Source: an uncultured Acidobacteriota bacterium
Lineage (GTDB): Bacteria > Acidobacteriota > UBA6911
DNA: 64,000 nt
Reading direction: 5' to 3'
NCBI GenBank assembly: GCA_963809485.1
Contig: CAWEJX010000006.1
Coordinates: 352,001-416,000, forward strand
Below, in pieces: positions 1 to 10,419 of this stretch (the stretch's first letter is position 1; each line of letters opens with the position of its first letter). Both the position numbers and the translations under genes were made by a program. The notes under the pieces are model-generated. The model made no database searches, was not told the origin of the DNA, and worked only from the letters and a program-made list of their open reading frames with translations.

Positions 1-419
1 TTCCCGCGCACATACTTCCGCCATGCCGGTTCAGCATTGCGGCCATGCTTTTTTGTTGACATCGAAATATTGCGGGAGCACCATGGCGCTATAGAAGGTC
101 AATCTCCTGTTCAACATCGCTCTGTGAACCAGCCGCTGGTTTCACGTGGATTTTGGTTTTGATAAAGAGGTTTGAAGGCAGCGAACGAACGCCTCCAAAT
201 TATTTCATTGGAGATCTTTTGGTTTCCCGGCCTTTTGGCCTTGCCTTTCCTCGCTTTGGGTGAGGGAAAAAGCAAAACCGGGTCTTCCTCTCGCAACCCT
301 GGCGCGAGTCGCCGGTAAATTGGATATATCCACGATCCTAATCGTATCCGGAACTTCAGGGATATGACAGGGAATGAGACGGGTTCAACTTCGCCAATTT
401 ATTTGTGGAGGATGTGTCT

Positions 420-3400
420 ATGCGTACAACCCTATGTGCTTTGGCATGTGTTCTCCTGTGCTTAGGGCTAGCTTACGCGCAAAGCGACAGGGGTACCATT
501 ACCGGCACCATCACCGATTCTACGGGCGCCACGATCGCCAACGCCACGATTGAGGCAAAGAACACGCAAACCGGCGCTGTGTATAGGGCGGCGAGTTCAG
601 GAACGGGCAATTACACGCTTGGCCAATTGCCGACGGGCGCCTACCAGCTCACAGCAACGATGAGTGGATTCAAGCAGTTCTTGCGGACAGGCATCTCAGT
701 CTCAACGGCGCAGGTACTGCGCGTCGATGTGTCGCTTGAGGTGGGTGCCATTACCGAGACAGTCACCGTCAATGCCGATGCTCCTTTGCTGAAAACGGAG
801 AGCGGCGAGCTAAGCCACGTTGTCACCTCAGACCGGATGGGGGACCTCCCGATGATCAACATCTCCCAGTTCGGCATACGGAATACCTTCTCATCGATCA
901 ACTTGCTTCCGGGCGCGGGAGAGGTGCAGGTCCCAACCAGCTTTTTTGGCACCGTTCGTGTCAATGGCCTTCCGGGCGGCACGCAGTCTGTCCGGATCGA
1001 AGGTCAGGATGCGACGGAGACTACATGGAGTGCGGCTTACAACATGTCCATGCCCGGCATGGACTCCATTGAAGAGACGGCGATCCAGACCAGCAACTAT
1101 TCTGCCGAATTCGGGCAGGCGGGCGGCGCCATCTACAACATGACCATGCGCTCGGGTACCAACGCTTTTCATGGAAGCGCCTATGAATACCTGAGGAACG
1201 AAGCGCTGAATGCGACTCAGCCCTATAATCACTTCCTGCCCAAGGACAACAGGCACGATTATGGCTTTACCGTAGGAGGGCCGGTAGTCCTTCCCCGTGT
1301 TTACAGTGGGCGCGACAGGCTCTTTTTCTTCTTCAGCTTTGAGCAGAACCGCCAGAAAGTCAGCGTGAACAATACAAACACTATTCCTACCCTGGCTATG
1401 CGCAACGGCGATTTCAGCGATCCTGTTCTGTACACGGGAAAACAGATAGGTACCGACGCGCTAGGCCGGCCAATCTATAACGGCGCGATTTACGATCCGG
1501 CGACGACCCGAACTGTGACTGGAACTTACGGAAGTTACGCCGGTGTGCCCGTAGTCATCAGGGATCCATTTATGGGCTGCGACGGTCAGCATCCGAATGT
1601 GATCTGTTTGACCGGTCCGAACGCCGTGACATTGGATCCGGTCGCGTTGAATTTCCAGTCGTTCCTTCCGGACCCGACAAGCAACGCGCCGACCAACAAC
1701 TACGTTCATGCGTATCCAAACGCGCCGGTCACCTCAATCCCCTCCCTCAAGATGGATTACAACATCAGCTCCAAATTGAAACTATCCGGATCCTGGTCGA
1801 TGACGGACATCTTCGTGCCTTTCCCTGACGGTTTCCCGGCTGAGATTACATCGGAGCGGGATTTGTGGGAAACGACCCATACCGCGAGAATAAACATCGA
1901 CTACACGTTAAAACCGACGATGCTGTTGCACCTGGGCGGCGGCTACATGGGCTTTGAGTTCTATGACCCTTCGCCGACCACCGGGAAGTCCAATAATCTC
2001 GAGGTCTTTGGCTTGCCTGGAACTTACGTCGATATCGTTCCGACCATTAATGGTCTCGCAGGAGCAAATGGAATGGGCATGGGTGTTATGAGCGCCGCCA
2101 TTGGATCCAACTTTGGCCCGAATGCGCAGTCGCATCAATGGGCGCAAAAGCCGACGGCGACGGCAACCCTCAGCTGGGTAAAAGGCAACCACACCTATAA
2201 ATTTGGCGGCGAATTTCGAGCCGAGTCTTACCCGTCCCTGCCCATAACCCCGGCCAACGGTTCCTTCGCTTTTGCAGCGCAGCAGACAGCTCTTCCCTAC
2301 TTGAATGCCACGAGCACGGGGGGCGGTACCATAGGATTTCCCTATGCAAGCTTCCTGCTGGGCGCTGTGAACACCGGCTCGATCGGTCAGTTGGGCAACT
2401 TTCACTTGGGGAAACATTCGGTTGGCCTATTTGCTCAAGATACCTGGAAAGCCACGCGCAAGCTCACGATCGACTACGGGCTGCGTTACGATTACATGAC
2501 CTATATTAAGAACAACGGCATGATTGCGGCGTGGGGGTTTGATGTCCCAAACCCGAAATACGGCAACCTGCCGGGCGCAGCCATCTTTGAAGGGCAAGGG
2601 CAAGGCAAATGCAACTGCGATTTTGCCAGCAACTACCCATACAATTTCGGTCCGCGGCTGGGAATTGCATACCAGATCAATCCAAAGACTGTATTCCGCG
2701 GCGGCATTGGGATGTCCTACGGCCAGACGGCCGTTCTGGAGATGATTAGCCTGGCCGTTGGATCCAACGTCGCCTACGGTCCCGCGACTACATTTGGTCT
2801 GCCCATCACTCAGTTTCAGGACGGACCGCCGATTGTACCGGTATGGCCGAACTACGATCCGGGCCAGATACCGGCCACGCAAGGTGGCGCCCCTCCCGCC
2901 GGTGCCATCGATCCTCATGCAGGCTATCCGCCGAGGTTTTTAATGTGGAGCGTCGGGATTCAGCGGGAACTCTCAAAGGATATGGTCATCGATGTTTCCT
3001 ACGTGGGCAACCGCGGGGCATGGTGGAATTCGGAGAATGTGCTCACAGACCCCAACAGGGTGACAGAGGCGATATTAAAGGCGCACAATTTCGACCCGAC
3101 GCTTACCAACACAACGGATAATAGCGTGCTGCTCCAGCAATTCAGCACCCTCACTCCGGAACAGATGGCTCATTACAACTTGACACTGCCCTATGCAGGC
3201 TTCAGGGGCACCGTTTCCCAGTCGCTGCGGCCGTACCCGCACGCCGGCAGCCTCAACATCAGATGGGCGCCGCTGGGCAACACCTGGTATGACGCGCTGC
3301 AGATAAAGTTCACCAAACGGTATTCTCACGGGCTCAGCGCGACGGCCAGCTACAGTTTTCAGAAAGAATTGGTTGTAGGAACCGATACTCAAAATCCGGC

Positions 3401-4091
3401 TTTTATGGTTCCTGCTCCTGTAATCAAGCTGGATGACCTGAGGTTTAACAAGACTATCTCGGGCTTATCGATCCCACATCGCATCGTCATCGCTGCAAAC
3501 TACCTGACTCCCAAGGCCAATGTGTACGAGCCATTGTCGTGGCTGATGAGGGATTGGCAGCTTGGGGCATATCTTGTCTATCGATCCGGATATGTGATTA
3601 TGGCTCCCACAGCGCAAAACACTCCCAATCCGGCTCAACTGCTGTCACTCACCGGATCCGCCGTCCATGCGACCGGCAAAGCCGCATACGCCGAGCGGGT
3701 TCCGGGAGTGTCTTTGTACACCGAAGACATTAACTCCCACTGGGATCCCTTCAAGACGTTTATTCTGAACGATGACGCGTGGACCCATCCGCCTGCGGGC
3801 CAATTCGGCTACGGCGTCCCATATTACAACGATTACCGGTATCGCCGGGTCGCCACCGAAAACATGAGCCTTGCGCGGATCTTCAGGATGAAGGAATATG
3901 CGAATCTGGAGCTTCGTGTTGAAATGCAAAACCTGTTCAACCGGACCGCGATTCCCAATCCCACCATCCAGCTGAATGTGCCGCAGACGATGAATAGCCA
4001 GGGCCAGCCAACAGCCGGCTACGGCTATTCCAACGCGATTAACGCCGGGGGCCAGCGAACCGGTCAGATAGTCGCCAAAATCAGGTTCTAG
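420..4091 (+). CDS. TonB-dependent receptor, Oar/Acidobacteria type (carboxypeptidase-regulatory-like N-domain, plug, beta-barrel)
   Basis: Signal peptide; 'GTITGTITDSTGATIANATI' N-domain; 'YSAEFGQAGG' plug motif; 'FHGSAYEYLRNE'; C-terminal Phe. ATG at 420 after GGAGG. Confidence 0.93.
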   Translation: MRTTLCALACVLLCLGLAYAQSDRGTITGTITDSTGATIANATIEAKNTQTGAVYRAASSGTGNYTLGQLPTGAYQLTATMSGFKQFLRTGISVSTAQVLRVDVSLEVGAITETVTVNADAPLLKTESGELSHVVTSDRMGDLPMINISQFGIRNTFSSINLLPGAGEVQVPTSFFGTVRVNGLPGGTQSVRIEGQDATETTWSAAYNMSMPGMDSIEETAIQTSNYSAEFGQAGGAIYNMTMRSGTNAFHGSAYEYLRNEALNATQPYNHFLPKDNRHDYGFTVGGPVVLPRVYSGRDRLFFFFSFEQNRQKVSVNNTNTIPTLAMRNGDFSDPVLYTGKQIGTDALGRPIYNGAIYDPATTRTVTGTYGSYAGVPVVIRDPFMGCDGQHPNVICLTGPNAVTLDPVALNFQSFLPDPTSNAPTNNYVHAYPNAPVTSIPSLKMDYNISSKLKLSGSWSMTDIFVPFPDGFPAEITSERDLWETTHTARINIDYTLKPTMLLHLGGGYMGFEFYDPSPTTGKSNNLEVFGLPGTYVDIVPTINGLAGANGMGMGVMSAAIGSNFGPNAQSHQWAQKPTATATLSWVKGNHTYKFGGEFRAESYPSLPITPANGSFAFAAQQTALPYLNATSTGGGTIGFPYASFLLGAVNTGSIGQLGNFHLGKHSVGLFAQDTWKATRKLTIDYGLRYDYMTYIKNNGMIAAWGFDVPNPKYGNLPGAAIFEGQGQGKCNCDFASNYPYNFGPRLGIAYQINPKTVFRGGIGMSYGQTAVLEMISLAVGSNVAYGPATTFGLPITQFQDGPPIVPVWPNYDPGQIPATQGGAPPAGAIDPHAGYPPRFLMWSVGIQRELSKDMVIDVSYVGNRGAWWNSENVLTDPNRVTEAILKAHNFDPTLTNTTDNSVLLQQFSTLTPEQMAHYNLTLPYAGFRGTVSQSLRPYPHAGSLNIRWAPLGNTWYDALQIKFTKRYSHGLSATASYSFQKELVVGTDTQNPAFMVPAPVIKLDDLRFNKTISGLSIPHRIVIAANYLTPKANVYEPLSWLMRDWQLGAYLVYRSGYVIMAPTAQNTPNPAQLLSLTGSAVHATGKAAYAERVPGVSLYTEDINSHWDPFKTFILNDDAWTHPPAGQFGYGVPYYNDYRYRRVATENMSLARIFRMKEYANLELRVEMQNLFNRTAIPNPTIQLNVPQTMNSQGQPTAGYGYSNAINAGGQRTGQIVAKIRF

Positions 4092-4117
4092 CTGAGCATC
4101 ACTGCATGCACAAGCCC

Positions 4118-4151
4118 CGCCGCCCCGGGTTCCCTGGCACCCGGGGCGGCG
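4118..4151 (+). terminator. GC-rich hairpin downstream of the TonB receptor
   Basis: Perfect 13-bp stem cgccgccccgggt/acccggggcggcg; no clear U-tract. Confidence 0.5.
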
Positions 4152-4254
4152 CATCCGCGAAAAATGCAGCAAGCGACGGCATCCTCTGCCGCGTTTGATA
4201 ATTTCCTTTTCGAACTGGAACAAATGCAGCCTCAGAACGCATGCCAGCGCAAAA

Positions 4255-4390
4255 CGCTGGCCTCTCGAGGCATCGGAAGCGCCTCATCGGCTTTTGCCCG
4301 CGTGAGTCAGCGTTCAAGACCGGCGTAACTAGTCCAACCGCTTTGAGCGGTTTAAATCTTTCAAGCCGGCTTTGCCGGAGGTACCTGACT
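4255..4390. repeat. Dispersed repeat A, copy 1 (IS200/IS605-end-like palindromic element)
   Basis: Highly similar to 44702-44841; ends in ccgctttgagcggt...tcaagccggctttgccggaggtacctgact. Confidence 0.8.
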
Positions 4391-4668
4391 TATGCCGGCC
4401 GGATACAGGAGATGAAGGGTATACGAGATTCGATAGCCTACGGTGTTGTCCTGCCGGAAGAACAGGCCCGGATGTTTAAGATGTTTAAACAGGGGAAACA
4501 GGAATTCCTGTCGATGCTGCCGGGATCTTTCTCTCCGGTCAGGCGCTGATACGGCCGGGCGACGGCATTCAATTAGCCTGCATTTCTACCAGGATTTTCG
4601 CGCATCTCCGTGGACTTGTTCTGCGGAGATGCGCGCCGATCCATGTCCGCTTCGTCATGCACTCCGGT

Positions 4669-5304
4669 TTACCGCACCTCGATGGAAGTAATTTCGTCGT
4701 TGAACCCCCCCAGGTTCGGCACGTTGCCATTGTAAGCCCTGCGGTCGCCCCCAAAACCCTCATGCTCGTAAGCGACTACGCGGGCGCCGCCGAGAACCCG
4801 TATGGAAGAAATCCTGTCGTTATAGCGATCCCCGATGTTCCATTGACGCCCATTGCCGTTGATGCAGAAATAGTCTCCCCCGTAATCGGAATCCGTATAG
4901 AAACACGCCCCGTCTCGAGGTTGGTTGCCGCGGCCCCAGTTTCCGTATTGCCCTTCGTACCTTCCATCGTACGGGCCTTCATAGCGTTCTCCGTACCGTC
5001 CATCGTATCTGCGGCCGCGATCCCGTCGATAATTCTCGAAGTCGTCCCGCTCCCAGCGGTTTGCCTTCGCCCATTCCTTGTATTGCTTCTTCCGGTATTT
5101 CAGGTATTCCCGCCATTCTTTTTCGCGCTCCCGGTCGGCTTCCCGCATCTCTTTCTCATGGTCATACTCCCGATATTGTTTCTCCGCTTCGCGGCTGTTT
5201 TTCGAACGCCCGTCCAGCCCCTGGTTGCGGTCGAAGGTGAAAACCGGAGCTGAGCCCATCAGAAGCACAATAGCAGAAATCCAAAGCCATGGTTTTATGC
5301 GCAT
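4669..5304 (-). CDS. Secreted protein with charged/Tyr-Gly repeat region and C-terminal beta/gamma-crystallin-like domain
   Basis: ATG 5304 with GGAGGA; signal peptide; 'ACFYTDSDYGG', 'NDRISSIRV', 'YEHEGFGG', 'FNDEITSIEV' Greek-key-like motifs. Confidence 0.8.
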   Translation of the reverse strand: MRIKPWLWISAIVLLMGSAPVFTFDRNQGLDGRSKNSREAEKQYREYDHEKEMREADREREKEWREYLKYRKKQYKEWAKANRWERDDFENYRRDRGRRYDGRYGERYEGPYDGRYEGQYGNWGRGNQPRDGACFYTDSDYGGDYFCINGNGRQWNIGDRYNDRISSIRVLGGARVVAYEHEGFGGDRRAYNGNVPNLGGFNDEITSIEVR

Positions 5305-5565
5305 TTTGGTGTCCTCCTGGCGTTTCCCTAAAACCATTCCTGACAGAACAGATGAAGCGCCGCTCAAAATGTTTCAGAATGACGGGAGACTCAAAAGATC
5401 GAGGACCCTCGAGCTGAGACCTGCGACTTGCGACCGGGATGTCGGTACAAAATGCAGTTGGCTTTCGCGAGGGCAGGGGGCTATGGTAGGCAATGCGCCG
5501 CCCATGCATGGACAAGAGGACGAAGATGAGGGGCGACTACGGGTGGCGTCGGCAGGAGGACACAC

Positions 5566-6084
5566 ATGGCGGCTGCCAAGATTATCATCGCGTTTTTCGT
5601 CTGTTCCTTTCTGATCGCGGGAACGGGCTGCAGTACGGCGGAGAAACAGGAATCGCCTGAGGGGATTGGGAGCGCTCCAAGCAGGTCAGAGGTACATAGC
5701 CGGGCGGATTTCGATACCTACCTGGCCAAATTCAACAGCCGCGACTACCAGGGTTTCCTGGACTATTTCGCCGACAATTTCGAAATGATCCATGTCGGCG
5801 GAAGCCTGAGAAGCCGGGAAGAAGTGATGAAGTTCTACAAATTCCTCCACAGCTATATCAGGGAAACGGTCATGGTCGACCGTCTCGTCATGGACCGGGA
5901 CACGATTGCGATGGAAGCGCGGGTTCGGATCGAGGGAATCAGGGAATTGACGCCGGAAAGCGTCGCCGCCTCGGATTACCCGCGGCTGAAATCCCTTAAA
6001 GTGGGTCAGAAGGCCATCATTCCGCAGTTCATCCACTACCACATCGTCAACGGAAAATTCGTCAAAGTGGAGTGCAAGGAGTAG
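5566..6084 (+). CDS. SnoaL/NTF2-like family protein, probable lipoprotein
   Basis: AGGAGG RBS; lipobox-like 'AGTGC'; 'YLAKFNSRDYQGFLDYFADN' and 'YHIVNGKF' NTF2-like motifs. Confidence 0.75.
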   Translation: MAAAKIIIAFFVCSFLIAGTGCSTAEKQESPEGIGSAPSRSEVHSRADFDTYLAKFNSRDYQGFLDYFADNFEMIHVGGSLRSREEVMKFYKFLHSYIRETVMVDRLVMDRDTIAMEARVRIEGIRELTPESVAASDYPRLKSLKVGQKAIIPQFIHYHIVNGKFVKVECKE

Positions 6085-6258
6085 ATAGCCTCATTACAAA
6101 AACGCTGACGAACCCTGATCCATGAAATCATGTCTCTTTCGGCGTCCGTCAGCCAGTGTCAGCGTGCCTCAGCGTTATTTGATCGTTGGAATGTCGGCAT
6201 CCATAGAGGCAGAACTTTTTATATCCAGCTCTCCAGGGATCAAAGCAACTTACAGGGA

Positions 6259-7477
6259 TTACGAAGAAGACTTGTTTGTGCGCTTGTCGCCATGGAATCC
6301 GGCCAGGCCCAGCAGGGTGCAGGCTGCTGCAATCGGCCACATTACATTAAATCCCCATTGCTGGCTGATGATACCGAGCAGGATGGAGCCTGTGGAAACG
6401 CCCGCATCCATCCCTGTGTAGTAGGTGCCTGTGGCAAGCCCACGCTGCTCGGGCCGTACCCGGTCGATAAGCAGGGCCATGGTCGCGGGCTGGGCCGCGC
6501 CGAAACCGAGTCCGAAGAGAGAAGCCGAAATCACGAAAATGGGCAATCCCTGGGCAAAAGGCAGCAGCAGCAAGGCTACGGTAGCGGCAATGATACCCGG
6601 CACGATGGTGGCGGCCCGGCCGTACCGGTCTGCCAGACGTCCGGCGAACATCCTGGAGACCAGCAGGGCCAGGGCCTGGACCATGAAAAAGAATCCGGGA
6701 TTTTGGACTCCGCGCGACTGGGCGAAAATCGAGACAAAAGCGCTGACTGCCCCGAAGGCCATGCCCATGCAGAGCGCTATCCAGGCTATCGGCAGGGCAT
6801 CGATGGCCACGATGCCCGTGCGCGGGGACCAGCGCTCCCGCTTGACCTCCCACGGCTTGCGCCGTTCGCGCGCGAGCAGGGAGATGAGGAAAGCGGTAAA
6901 TCCCAATCCCCCCGGAAAAGTAAAACAGGAACCGGAAGCCTACCGCCCGAATGAGCATAAAGCCGACGACGGGACCGACGATGAGACCGATGGCCTGCGC
7001 GGCGGCGAAAAATCCGACGGCCTCAGCCCTTCGCCTGAGCGGGGCTATATCGGCTACGTAAACCGTGGACGCCGTAGTGTAGCAGCTCAGCCCGAAGCCG
7101 TGCACAAACCGCCCGACCAGCAGGAGCGGGATGGAATTCGCCAGAAGGTAGAAAATGCTGGCAAACCCATAGCAGGATGTTCCGATCAGCACCAGCGGGC
7201 GGCGGCGCCAGGCGTCAGTCAGCCAGCCCATGAATGGGCGGAAGAGCAGGGCCGTAATCGCTAGCGAACCGCTTACCAGGCCGGCGGAGGCCTGGTTGCC
7301 GCCCAGGCTTATGACGTAAACGGGGAGCGTGGCAACCAGCATCTGCATTCCGAAGGAATTGGCGAAGTTGGCCACTGTAACCGAAATGAAATCCGGGGTG
7401 AAGAGGCGTTCGTCGACAACATCCTCAACGGATGCATGCTGAAAATCGTGCCCTGGATCCAACCTCTCTGTCGTCAA
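6259..7477 (-). CDS. MFS transporter (frameshift near 6910, likely sequencing error)
   Basis: Two overlapping ORFs give N- and C-halves with MFS motif A ('GWLTDAWRRR', 'GRLADRYGR'); break at a C-run at about 6908-6913. Confidence 0.85.
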
Positions 7478-7686
7478 TCGCCGGTTTTCTCGTCGTGTCG
7501 TTCATGCCCGGATGATGTCTCCCTATTGCGTTGCGCAGTCCGAACCCTCTCTCTCTGCGAGGCGTGCCTTGCGCGGCCGATGTATGGCAGGTCTGGTTTT
7601 GCCTGTCAATGGATATTTCCAATTGGAACAACGGAATGACTCCCGGATTCCTATGCGTCGGACCCCGGATCGAACGCTAATCAGGA

Positions 7687-7728
7687 TACATTATTGTTGC
7701 CAAACTTCATCAAAACTACATTTATGAA
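7687..7728. promoter_or_regulatory. Paired TACA-N4-TGTA-like sites upstream of the MFS gene
   Basis: tacattattgtt (7687) and tacatttatgaa (7717), 30 bp apart; same motif and spacing as at glnA and amtB. Confidence 0.55.
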
Positions 7729-7833
7729 ATATTTCTTTGGCAACAAGGCAGTTTTACCTGGGGAACTGAGGAGCTTTGACGGTTGCCGTGTGATCGGATG
7801 TGCGGCGGAAGTGGCACGGCAACGACGCCTCAA

Positions 7834-7917
7834 GCTGTAAGCGCAGACAAAGCACTGTAACGCTGATATTTGCCTTCCACTAATTCGGGGTCAGCGTATA
7901 TCAGCGCTACAGCGTCC
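7834..7917. repeat. Palindromic ACGCTGA-type repeat element
   Basis: cactgtaacgctgatat is inverted with atatcagcgctacagcg (15/17). Confidence 0.6.
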
Positions 7918-8239
7918 GGAATTCATGAAAATTCTTCAGCAGCTTCAAGCCTCGGCTGCTGACTATGGATCCAGGACAAGCTCATGTTTCGAGCACTCGA
8001 TAAACAGTATTTCCCACTAAGTCGGCTGCGGCCAGAACTTATTGTTCATGACGCACTCCAATTTGTCGACCGACTAGCGCACCCTCACCATTACAGGAAT
8101 ATAGGATACTTGACTGTAGATTCTCTTTTGGACAAGAGTTATATTTGTAATAACACTGTATTCTCAATGCATTGCCATTCAATTAGCCTGTCAGTCAAGC
8201 ATCCCCATTAACGGAAACGTTTAAGCAAACAGCAAACCA

Positions 8240-9651
8240 CTACGCATCGTAATACAGATGGAACTCATGCGGATGCGGCCGCAGAGCCATCTCGTCGAGT
8301 TCCTTTTCCCGCTTCCACTGAATCCACGTCTCGATGAGGTCGTCGGTAAATACGTCGCCCTCAGTCAGGAATTTATGGTCCTTCTCCAGAGCGTCGATTG
8401 CTTCCGCGAGTGAGCCGGGTGCCTTTTTGGTCTTTGCCAGCTCTGCCTTGGAAAGCTCATACACATCAACGTCCATCGGCTTACCCGGGTCGAGTTTGCG
8501 TTTGATGCCGTCGTTGGCGGCCATAAGCATCGCGGCGAAAGTCAGGTAGCCGTTGCAGCTCGGGTCCGGGCAGCGGAACTCAACGCGTTTTGCCTTTGGA
8601 CTTGGTGAGTACATCGGGATACGGCAGGCGGCTGACCGGTTGCGTGCCGACATACAAAGATTTACCGGCGCCTCGAAACCAGGCACGAGGCGACGATATG
8701 AGTTTGTCGTCGGTGCCGCGAAAGCCAGAATGGCCGGGGCGTGATGGATAAGCCCGGCAATCGCGTGCATAGCCATATCTGAAAGACCTGCATAGCCCTT
8801 TCCGGCGAACAGGTTGACGCCTTTCTTCCAGAGCGAGAAGTGCGTGTGCATACCGGAGCCGTTGTCCTGGAATATCGGCTTGGGCATAAACGTCGCCGTC
8901 TTGCCGTGACGTTTGGCCACGTTCTTGACGATGTATTTATACCACATCAGCTTGTCGGCCTGCTCGACTAACGGTGCGTAAAGCATATCGATTTCGGCCT
9001 GACCGCCGGTGGCGACTTCGTGATGGTGCTTCTCAATCACGATGCCGACCTTCTGCATTTCCTCGACCATTTCGGTGCGGATATCCTGCTGAGTATCGGT
9101 CGGGCTTACCGGGAAATAACCGCCCTTGTATGACGGCTTATATCCGAGGTTTGGCTCCTCGAAACGGGCGGTGTTCCATGACCCTTCCGATGAATCGATT
9201 GAATACATACCGGTATGCTGATTCTGCTCATAGCGGACTTCGTCGAAGATAAAGAATTCCGGCTCAGGGCCGTAATAAGCGGTATCCGCCAATCCGGTGC
9301 TTTTCGCGAATTCAGCCGCTTTCTTGGCGATATTGCGCGGGTCGCGATTGTATTCTTCGCGAGTCATCGGATCGACCACGTCCGCCAGGACGCTCATTGT
9401 CGGCTTTGCGAAAAACGAGTCCATTACCACGGTGCTCAGGTCCGGAACCGCCATCATGTCCGACTGGTGAATTGGTTTCCAGCCGCGGATTGATGAGCCG
9501 TCGAAACCAAGACCTTCCTCTAAGGTCTTTGCGTCGAGGAACTCAATTGGGAAGGTGCAGTGCTGCCATGTGCCAAGAAGATCGACGAACTTCAAGTCCA
9601 CCTCCCGGCATTGTTCTTTTTTGCGAAATCAAAAAATTCTTTTGGAGTCAT
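8240..9651 (-). CDS. glnA: Glutamine synthetase type I (1-nt frameshift near 9603)
   Basis: 'FDGSSIRG', 'HHEVATGGQ', '[14 protein letters not shown]', 'RLVPGFEAP', 'EFHLYYD'. The N-terminus [13 protein letters not shown] starts at ATG 9651 (GAGGTG RBS) in a different frame. Confidence 0.96.
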
Positions 9652-9928
9652 TTGTTCACCTCTCAAAATAAATTGGGTTGCTATGGTTTTTTGCCATTCG
9701 ATGCAAAACACTTTTGAGACTTATGCAGCAAGGCATATGCTATTCTCATTGAACACATTCGATTTAGATAAAAGCTTTGATAGCCTTCATGAGACATCCA
9801 GCGGCCTTTTATCGGCCTAGATTTTAGCGCCATTGATTGCATCACTCCGCCAGTCTCTCATCCATTCAAATCCTGCCAGCCTTTGAGGCTTTATCCCAAA
9901 TGGATAATCCTGTTCCGATAGATCCGTA

Positions 9929-9945
9929 TGCAAACAAAAAGCCAA
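9929..9945 (-). promoter_or_regulatory. Sigma-54 -24/-12 promoter for glnA
   Basis: Minus strand ttGGctttttgtttGCa (GG-N10-GC). Confidence 0.65.
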
Positions 9946-10034
9946 AATTCAGGTTTCCGAATATTTATCTTTTAAACATAACTGAATCAATGGTTTGGAC
10001 GGCTTGGTCAAAACAGGCCAAGGCAAGGCAGAAT

Positions 10035-10077
10035 TACATTATTGTATAAATTATATTGTCATATTTACAAATATGTG
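10035..10077. promoter_or_regulatory. Paired TACA-N4-TGTA sites (putative enhancer-binding-protein UAS for glnA)
   Basis: tacattattgta (10035) and tacaaatatgtg (10066), 31 bp apart, about 90-135 bp upstream of the -24 box. Confidence 0.65.
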
Positions 10078-10354
10078 CCTAATTCCCAATCGCGACTGTT
10101 TCCGGATGATCGAGCAGCAGTTTTGAACAAGCAACGATATCCCTGGAGCCTGGAGCGCGTGCATTCTCGCCTATCGGGACCACAGAATCCCAAAGAAATG
10201 GCCAAGATGTATGGCTGTGGAGCAGCGGCGTATTAGCCTTCTGTCAATGCGGGCCAACATGCTCATGTTTCTCGGACGGATTTTGCCAGTCCAAACTTGG
10301 CGCTTTATCACCAGATTCCAGCACGCCATTAACTCCAATACTGAGAATTAATTC

Positions 10355-10383
10355 TTGACCTCAGGCTACTGCATATATAGCAT
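10355..10383 (+). promoter_or_regulatory. Sigma-70-type promoter for pyrG-carAB
   Basis: TTGACC-17 bp-TAGCAT. Confidence 0.55.
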
Positions 10384-10419
10384 TGACAATCATTGAATAT
10401 TATTGGAGCTTTTAGGGTC

